Shown piece by piece: positions 56,525 to 63,509 of a stretch of 63,509 bases of DNA (the stretch's first letter is position 1; each line of letters begins with the position of its first letter). The stretch comes from Candidatus Helarchaeota archaeon (lineage in GTDB: Archaea; Asgardarchaeota; Lokiarchaeia; Helarchaeales; RDOG01). A program made the position numbers and the translations under genes. The stretch is from the NCBI GenBank assembly GCA_029838215.1, contig JALGVI010000034.1, forward strand, positions 1 through 63,509, read 5' to 3'. The notes beneath the pieces were generated by a model that searched no databases, was not told the DNA's origin, and saw only the letters and a program-made list of their open reading frames with translations.

Positions 56525-57418
56525 TTATAGAGAAGGATCGCCTTTCAAATATTCGACAACGCCATAGCCTTCTTCGCCAGTGTCATCCATCTTGAATTTT
56601 GAGATGGTTTCATAGATATAACAACTTCCTTCGTCTGTCTTTTGCGGCAAGGTCTGTAAGAATTTAAGGGATGTCGTGAATTTAACGGGGTTGCCGTTGG
56701 AGTCTTCAAGTTCGAATCTAGAATTGGTGGGCACGCCTTTAGAAGAATAATCGGTGTCGATTTTCGCCTTGACAATGCTCGTATTTCCCGATGCCTTTGA
56801 AATGAAGCCGTGCAAGTATTGCTTGCCGCGAATCGTGTTCAACCAGCAATTCATTGCCCAATCGGGGAATTGTGCAGATATCCAAACCCACTCTTTAATG
56901 TGCGCCCAATTCCGAACGCCCCAACTGTGGTCTCGATGACCCAAACCGTTTACAGGTCGGCTTTCATTATTTCTGAGCGTGATGGTTCCTTTTACAATGC
57001 CCGATTGTTCATAATGTCTTTGATCGAGAATATCAGGGACGTTCCAACCTCCGCTCGGATACACGTATACGGGAAACCGAGCCATCCATTCATATTTGAG
57101 CTCTCGCGTGCGTCCGATTTTAAACGAAATTTCCCATTTTTCGTTTGGTTTAAGCAAGTTAAATGACATCACGCCATCGGAGGGATTCATCTTAAAGTAT
57201 TCATCATCTTGAAAGTGGACTTCATTTGCGTGAAATTTTTTCACCTTACCGTCCATGTAAAGAATGCCAAAGTAATGCGTCCGTCGTTCATGAGGGATAA
57301 AACCCATTGTCTGCACGCAATAAATGTCGTTTTCGGGATCCATGAAATTGAAATAGTAGCTTTCGCGATAGAATGGAGTTTTATTCAATTCATGTAAATA
57401 TTCTTCCTTATCATCCAT
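56525..57418 (-). CDS. Tocopherol-cyclase/AttH-like beta-barrel protein
   Basis: RESYYFNF, HYEQSG, GHRDHSWGVRNW..WVW. Confidence 0.7.
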   Translation of the reverse strand: MDDKEEYLHELNKTPFYRESYYFNFMDPENDIYCVQTMGFIPHERRTHYFGILYMDGKVKKFHANEVHFQDDEYFKMNPSDGVMSFNLLKPNEKWEISFKIGRTRELKYEWMARFPVYVYPSGGWNVPDILDQRHYEQSGIVKGTITLRNNESRPVNGLGHRDHSWGVRNWAHIKEWVWISAQFPDWAMNCWLNTIRGKQYLHGFISKASGNTSIVKAKIDTDYSSKGVPTNSRFELEDSNGNPVKFTTSLKFLQTLPQKTDEGSCYIYETISKFKMDDTGEEGYGVVEYLKGDPSL

Positions 57419-57473
57419 TATATGACCTCAATAGATTTATTAATTTAACATCATGAAAAGTGACATCTCATTC

Positions 57474-58658
57474 TCATTTTTGTTTCTCTCTTCGGGGAAT
57501 GAAAGTTGGATTTTTCTTCTTTCTTTTATTTGGACGTAATAGCCACGATATGGACTTGAATGCACGATTGCCTATCATGTTTACAAGATCTTCGTATTCG
57601 TTTTTTCGCACGTCGTCAGTGATATCCCAGTCGATCTTGTCAGTGATTCCCACGAGATTCGTAAACCGGTCAAAATTTTTGTTATATACGAGAGCTCCTG
57701 CTGCAATTTTTTTTGCTCGGTCCCATTTTGCCATTTTTATGAATTGTTCCGTGAGAGCTTGTTGAGCATACGTGTTGAATTCCTGTAATTCTTTTAATGT
57801 CAGAACATCGAAGTGTTGATCCCGCTTGTTTTGAGCAAGAATGGCGACGCTTTCGATGTTTTCACTATAATCAATGGGTTCCGTGAACATGGTGCCCCAG
57901 TCGTTAAACCAGATTCGGTCCATGTCCTTTAACCCGTAAACGAATGCTATGCTTGAATATGGAGCTTTTGCTTTGGTTTCGGACCAGGGCCACTGCTGCG
58001 ACTCACCCGTGTGAAATCGGATCATTTCCGTGATGACGAGATCCTGATTTTCATGAGGATATGGACCGTGACTGCTAATCCGCATTCTTGTTTCACATTC
58101 ATCCATGAAGGATAGTAATTGGAGGTTTGCTGCGACCTTTTTTATTTCTTTTATCTCTTCTAAAGAAGTAGATGTCATGCTCTTCTTAATTTCTCTCAAT
58201 TGTGATTCATCAAGGATTTGACACTTTCCATTCATTTCGTAAACAGTTAGATTTCCGTTGAAATATGTGCTTGCCAGTCGTTCCCAGAAATCCACGATGA
58301 ATTGCATTTCTTTAAATTTTTCTACGGATTCTTTAAATGGATCTCCTTTATGCAGTGATATTATACGAGACATCCGACCGAATAAAGGAAACATCACGAT
58401 ATCAAAGATCTGCAATGGCGTGATTTCAGAGAACAGATATTTTTGATTTTTCCCAATTTCTTCGGGCGTTATTAAGTTTGCCACCTGCGAAAGCTGAGAA
58501 TAGAAAGTAATGTAAGAATTCACGCAAGCAACAATGATATATTCCGTTGTAGGGAACAACTGAGATTCAATTGCCAACCGCTTCATGAACATTTCGTCAA
58601 ATGCTTTACTGACATGCACGATCAATTCGTTCATTCGTTCAATTGATTTTAAGGGCAA
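57474..58658 (-). CDS. Conserved-looking hypothetical protein
   Basis: 394-aa ORF with TTG start; motifs DFWERL and ETRMRISSHGPY; no function recognised. Confidence 0.7.
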   Translation of the reverse strand: MPLKSIERMNELIVHVSKAFDEMFMKRLAIESQLFPTTEYIIVACVNSYITFYSQLSQVANLITPEEIGKNQKYLFSEITPLQIFDIVMFPLFGRMSRIISLHKGDPFKESVEKFKEMQFIVDFWERLASTYFNGNLTVYEMNGKCQILDESQLREIKKSMTSTSLEEIKEIKKVAANLQLLSFMDECETRMRISSHGPYPHENQDLVITEMIRFHTGESQQWPWSETKAKAPYSSIAFVYGLKDMDRIWFNDWGTMFTEPIDYSENIESVAILAQNKRDQHFDVLTLKELQEFNTYAQQALTEQFIKMAKWDRAKKIAAGALVYNKNFDRFTNLVGITDKIDWDITDDVRKNEYEDLVNMIGNRAFKSISWLLRPNKRKKKNPTFIPRREKQK

Positions 58659-58863
58659 GTTATCAAAATCCTATTGTATTTCATGAGATTATTCGCGTAT
58701 TTTGACTTGAGGATAAAAGGAAAAACCAAATTTCAATTTTTTCAATGCTTTATTCTGATGAATTTTTTAAAATAAAACAAAACAAGAAATTTACAAATAA
58801 AAATCACGTTAGACGGACTGGAAAGATAGAAAAGGATAATTCATTTCACCAGATGAAAGATCT

Positions 58864-59481
58864 CTATTCTTTATTGAAATTCTTGTCTAAATCTAATTTT
58901 TTTGAGATGATCGAGAGCAGTTTTTCCTCTCTGAATGGTTTTGTTATGTAACTATCGATGCCAACTTTTCTACCTCGTTCGATATCTTCAGGAGTTGCAC
59001 GGGCACTTAAAAAGATGCAGGGGATCTTGCACCAGACAGGATTCTTCAGAATTTCTTCTACAAACTCACATCCATTCATTATGGGCATTGCGACATCGCA
59101 AAGAATGAGATCGGGCGTTATGTTCATCTTTTTGAGAAGATCCAATGCCTTTCTTCCATTTTTTGCGGTTCTGATGCGGTATCCATTAAATTCCAAGCAT
59201 ATCTGTAAGTTAAATAATGTGCCGGGATTGTCTTCGATCAGCAGGATTAGGGGGGCACCCCCTCCATCTTCAGCTTCTTTATGATTCTCCCTTTTACCAG
59301 TTTTACAATCCATAGGCTGTGAACGCCGAGTAATGTCAGCATCTTTAAACCTAGGCATCAAATCAACCGCTTTGTTTCCCGAGGTTTTTGATGGTGGGCG
59401 TATTTCCGCAAAAATATCTTCTAAATCGAGGGTTTCCATTTCCGAGTCAAGATTTCGTGCAAATCCCATGTTTCTAACCAA
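58864..59481 (-). CDS. Response-regulator receiver (CheY-like) protein; N-terminal ~75 aa uncertain
   Basis: LLIEDN, DLILCDVAMPIMNG, IFLSA, YITKPF. Confidence 0.88.
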   Translation of the reverse strand: MVRNMGFARNLDSEMETLDLEDIFAEIRPPSKTSGNKAVDLMPRFKDADITRRSQPMDCKTGKRENHKEAEDGGGAPLILLIEDNPGTLFNLQICLEFNGYRIRTAKNGRKALDLLKKMNITPDLILCDVAMPIMNGCEFVEEILKNPVWCKIPCIFLSARATPEDIERGRKVGIDSYITKPFREEKLLSIISKKLDLDKNFNKE

Positions 59482-59986
59482 CCGCCTTTCTTTTGTGAAT
59501 CATCTCGAACACGCATCTTGAGAAGACGAGTGTAAAGATTGTCGTTAGTCCATCGGACCATGAAGCAAAACAACACGCTCTACGACGATTGCAATTCATT
59601 TTGGAAATATCGTGCTTTTTCTTAGTACGGAACAATTTTTTCGAGAATCTCACAATGTTAAATGATGACTTGGGTGATTCTCTTAGATTATCAAGATTAT
59701 TTTGCGAATATTTTATCTAGTATATAAGAAGACATTTGCCAATTTAAATGAATTTAAAAAAGGATAATAAGGGTAACTAATGAAGTTAAAGATTAATTGT
59801 ATAAAAAAATAGAAAAAAAATGAAAGATTTTTAAAGCTGAGTGAACAAGTAGTAAGTGCAAAGACAGATATTGAGGATTTTTCATAAATGACAAAAAAAA
59901 TCAAGTATGAATGATCTTCATTTTTGTCAAATTTTAATTTGCACTATTTAAATGAAATCTTGATTTTTGAAAAGGACGGAGGACAA

Positions 59987-61024
59987 ATGACACGTTGGAA
60001 TAAGAAGAAAGTAACAAAAAACATCAATATTGAATTATCTCAAGAAGCATATCTTAAAAATAAGTTTGGAAAAGATGTGAACTTCTCTGATTTAATTAGG
60101 AAAATATTGAAACTAGGAATAACTCTATTAGAGCTCTCCATCATAAATGATTTTGAAGAGTCATCCATATCGGGATTATTTTCAGATTTAAGTGAAGAAA
60201 CCATAAGAACCGTTGTCAGAAAGGACAAGGTTCTAGAATATAAGGAGTTTTTCGAATTATTAACTCAAAAATCCTTGTATCTGATTCCAAAGATTGAAAG
60301 CTTTCCCAGTGTTCTAATGAACATTGGTGATATCTTTTCGAATATCGGTTTTACGAAAATAGACAAAAAAACAAAGCTTCGGCTTAGTAAGATCGTGAAA
60401 GGTAATAATATCATTGATGAAGTGAACGTCACGAGTGAATATTTCGAATTTTCAGGTTCGTATCCTTATTCATTGATTTGGTATGCAAAAATTGTTGTGG
60501 TCATGTTAACCCGATCAAAACACAAGTGGGAAATCAGGAAGATGATACCCGAAGAATTAACAAACGTTAGCGATCTCCGTAAGATCCGAATATACATGAA
60601 AAAGGGCACTTCAAGAGAAGCCTCTTTAAAAACCGTAGATAAATTTTTCAATAGTTTATCTATAAAGTTGAAGGATCAAAACAATGAAGGAATCTGGACT
60701 TTATTGAATAATGACTTGAGTTTTATCTTAGACGAAAGTGCTCTCAGGCATTTAAAAGGGAATCCGGGCACAAGCATTCCTTTTTTAAATCATATCAAAG
60801 AAATTAATTCTTTAAAGATTCAAAAACGTGAAAAGGCCTTGTTGCTTTTTAATTTTTATAATAAAATCCATTTAGTTACAAGTTTATTTTGCTCAGATGG
60901 AGTATTCACGTTAACTATCCGAGAAGAAGGCGTTAAATCCATGTTATTGAATACTTTAGCTCATTTAAAAATAAAATATGAGTTGGAAACTCAAGGAACG
61001 AATTTGATTTTTTCAATTTCCTGA
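59987..61024 (+). CDS. Hypothetical protein with RHH-like N-terminus
   Basis: GGAGG SD before ATG 59987; NINIELSQ...NFSDLIRKILKLGI. Confidence 0.6.
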   Translation: MTRWNKKKVTKNINIELSQEAYLKNKFGKDVNFSDLIRKILKLGITLLELSIINDFEESSISGLFSDLSEETIRTVVRKDKVLEYKEFFELLTQKSLYLIPKIESFPSVLMNIGDIFSNIGFTKIDKKTKLRLSKIVKGNNIIDEVNVTSEYFEFSGSYPYSLIWYAKIVVVMLTRSKHKWEIRKMIPEELTNVSDLRKIRIYMKKGTSREASLKTVDKFFNSLSIKLKDQNNEGIWTLLNNDLSFILDESALRHLKGNPGTSIPFLNHIKEINSLKIQKREKALLLFNFYNKIHLVTSLFCSDGVFTLTIREEGVKSMLLNTLAHLKIKYELETQGTNLIFSIS

Positions 61025-62452
61025 GATTTTTCTCATTGCTTCTCCAATTTTGATGAGTTTATCATTATATGGTGTTTTTGGGCGGTTTTTTATGATATCA
61101 ACGGCTCTTGCATAATAATTGCCATAATTTGAACGTATGAGATCATCGATTTCCAGCATAAGAGGGAGGCAATCAACGAAACCGGGTCTAAAGTGCGGAT
61201 GCTTAAAAGCTTGATAGCCCCAAAGCATTCGAAATTCGGGCGGCACGTCTAGAAGTCTCCCTTGTTCTTGATATTCGTACCATAATTTGGTTTCATATAA
61301 TATTCGTAGATTTACCACGTGCAAAATGCTTGAATCAATTTCAATGGCTTGCTTTACTTCTTCAATTGCCGAATGGTGGTCATGATAATCATACCCGACG
61401 ATTAATGAAAGCGCAGAAACAATTCCCTGTCCATGAAGCTGGGAAACCAGTGATTTCCACTCAATATTTCTATTCTTGTTATATTTCAATTTGAAGCTCT
61501 CAATTCCTATTTCAAGAAATGTCACTTGAAATTCTTCGGATCTTTTGAATTTATCGAAAAGACCGCCTGGTTGTAAATATTTTCGAATGAGAGTGCTTGT
61601 TGTTAGACCCGCCAAATGGAAGCAATGGTTTTGACCTTTCATTAGGCTTATGACCTTTTCCCATTTTTTTTGGTCGATGAATGCAATTGGATCGGTTACA
61701 ACGACACTCACGTCATCTTGATTGAGCATGTCCCCCATTTCGATTAGAGCATTCACGATCTCTTGAGCATCTCCGATGACGTGGTTTCGTCCATAAAGTG
61801 CTGCCGTTATGCAGAAATCACACCCGTGACTACAACCGAGATTCGTTGTCAATGCGGCCATTGGAGTTTCGACATATTTTTTAGGGTCAAATGGTGATGG
61901 ACGAAAGCGCTTGACGATTGTTCTGGGAATTCTCAAGGGGGTATCCGTTTTTTCACCTAAGAGTTTTCGCACGAAGATACTTCCCTCACCTTTGCATACG
62001 TGATCGGCAATAGCATCGATCCCAGGAATGAGAGCACCCGGACCACCCACGATAATCTCAATTTTAGGATACTTTTTTCGCAGAAAATTCACACATTCAA
62101 GAAAAGTCGTATATGCGCCGAATACGACAGAAAATCCGACATGAGTGGGATTAAATTCCTGAACGTGTTTTTCAAGAATTGATGTTGAAATGGGGTCATT
62201 GATGACTTGGGATGGCGATTCAATATTTTGTGAGATGAATTCTCCACCCAGATTTCCAATTGTATAAATCAGGTCTTGGAGAGTCCCACGTTTTGAATCA
62301 CCGAGAGTTTTTTCAAGAAACTCCTTATCATAATACTTGTCGAATTTGGGATTTGCCAAAATATCATCTTTTTTAGCCCAAAGGGAATATCCTTTCGCTT
62401 CGTCACAATGTGCAAAAAGAACGCGTTTTTCATTCAAGATAATCAACCTCAA
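61013..62452 (-). CDS. B12-binding radical SAM protein
   Basis: HVGFSVV..., IIVGGPGA cobalamin domain; GCSHGCDFC; LEIGIES; LIVGYD. Confidence 0.9.
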   Translation of the reverse strand: MRLIILNEKRVLFAHCDEAKGYSLWAKKDDILANPKFDKYYDKEFLEKTLGDSKRGTLQDLIYTIGNLGGEFISQNIESPSQVINDPISTSILEKHVQEFNPTHVGFSVVFGAYTTFLECVNFLRKKYPKIEIIVGGPGALIPGIDAIADHVCKGEGSIFVRKLLGEKTDTPLRIPRTIVKRFRPSPFDPKKYVETPMAALTTNLGCSHGCDFCITAALYGRNHVIGDAQEIVNALIEMGDMLNQDDVSVVVTDPIAFIDQKKWEKVISLMKGQNHCFHLAGLTTSTLIRKYLQPGGLFDKFKRSEEFQVTFLEIGIESFKLKYNKNRNIEWKSLVSQLHGQGIVSALSLIVGYDYHDHHSAIEEVKQAIEIDSSILHVVNLRILYETKLWYEYQEQGRLLDVPPEFRMLWGYQAFKHPHFRPGFVDCLPLMLEIDDLIRSNYGNYYARAVDIIKNRPKTPYNDKLIKIGEAMRKISGN

Positions 62453-63452
62453 TTAATTTCTGATATATTTTTCTTGTTTTTGGAAGAAGTTTTGGACTAT
62501 TTTTATAAATGGAGAATACAAACATGTCATTTCCTCCCCAATAATTTGGTAAAAAGGCAGTGAAGCGGAACCGATTCTGAATAAGGAGGTCCTGAAGCAT
62601 CAGGTCAGGTGGAACCATTATTTCGGTATATGACGAATCGAGACTTTTTAAATGAGAAATTAAGAAGTTAGCCGCATCGGGATCATTCACAGTTAGCGTT
62701 GCTTCGTAAATATTGTCTAAATAGGTATTGTGGGCATAGCTAAGTCTATTTTCTTCATCAATTTTTACTTCATTCATGTAATGATGGGGTTTATCAGGAA
62801 TGCACGTTTCTATGATGTCAAATGTTGAATCTTTCGGAGTATTCTTACAAATTTCGGAGTGTATTGACCAGATTTTATCGAGCTTGTTAATTTCTAAAAT
62901 ATATTTCAGAACAGGGGCAATTCTTGCATCCACTTGAACGATTTTTGGATTGCGCTTGAATAACAGGGCACAGGGAATGAGATCCAGTCGTGTTTCTTTT
63001 CTTAGAGTCTTGTTCATGTAATAGCCGAGAAATGCCATTCCCATTTTTTCTATCATTTCTTGCGATGTCGATTGATTCACGAGAATCTCTGCAAATAATA
63101 AATGCGGATGCCTGGATTGAATTTCTTCGACTATCCTTTGTTCGCTCAATCTCTTAAAGAATATGTTTTTTAAGACACCACGTCCCCGATATTCCGGTTT
63201 CACGAGTAATAATTTCAAAACGCTGATTTCTTTCACGGGATCGTAATAACATATGACCGTACCAACGATTTGTTTTTTTTCTGTTTTTAAAACACCCCAA
63301 ATATAGTTTTCATCAATGACCTTCCCAGCAATCCATTGGGGGTCAAAGAACCACCTGTATGGATAATCGGGTTCAGTCTGGCGGAGAAATTCAATGAATG
63401 GGGCAATATCCTCCTTTTGAATCCTTACAAAATTTAAATTGTTCTTCTCCAT
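62430..63452 (-). CDS. GNAT-domain protein
   Basis: LKLLLVKPEYRGRGV acetyl-CoA motif A; 23-bp overlap with the radical SAM gene. Confidence 0.8.
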   Translation of the reverse strand: MEKNNLNFVRIQKEDIAPFIEFLRQTEPDYPYRWFFDPQWIAGKVIDENYIWGVLKTEKKQIVGTVICYYDPVKEISVLKLLLVKPEYRGRGVLKNIFFKRLSEQRIVEEIQSRHPHLLFAEILVNQSTSQEMIEKMGMAFLGYYMNKTLRKETRLDLIPCALLFKRNPKIVQVDARIAPVLKYILEINKLDKIWSIHSEICKNTPKDSTFDIIETCIPDKPHHYMNEVKIDEENRLSYAHNTYLDNIYEATLTVNDPDAANFLISHLKSLDSSYTEIMVPPDLMLQDLLIQNRFRFTAFLPNYWGGNDMFVFSIYKNSPKLLPKTRKIYQKLIEVDYLE

Positions 63453-63509
63453 TTGGATCCTCCATCTTTACTTGAAATATTCTATGTCAAACAGAATTTG
63501 TTTGATCTA

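Overview
Gene-dense, AT-rich archaeal chromosomal segment, most likely from an Asgard archaeon. This is an inference from ribosomal protein L35Ae, a SAMP/MoaD-like GG protein, Lrp/PadR/TrmB-like regulators, many TTG starts, Cdc48-N/vWA and FG-GAP propeller proteins; no marker-based placement was possible. Main blocks, left to right: (1) TauE exporter with a divergent Cys-tailed Lrp regulator; (2) a ~1.2-kb tandem triplication plus one diverged fourth copy of a wHTH/TrmB-like regulator; (3) a GC-rich thymidylate synthase abutting a truncated HD-hydrolase and an AT-rich secreted-protein/ABC-exporter/M6-protease tract; (4) a glucosylglycerate / glycosyl-phosphate compatible-solute cluster with inositol-1-phosphate synthase; (5) mixed housekeeping genes; (6) a four-gene operon encoding a Cdc48-N-like/vWA protein with a 57-bp VNTR, an Ig/charged-hairpin/FGase-like protein, a GCS2-type carboxylate-amine ligase and an amidohydrolase, which is the best candidate here for an undescribed system (a reversible glutamyl/peptide tagging module); (7) a VapBC pair, tRNA-Cys(GCA) and sfsA; (8) an activase/ACS-beta-like/CooC triplet, Hsp20/PadR, a receiver protein, a B12 radical SAM enzyme and a GNAT. 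No CRISPR array, rRNA or intact transposase/integrase was seen. All product calls come from motif recognition by eye; no database search was run.
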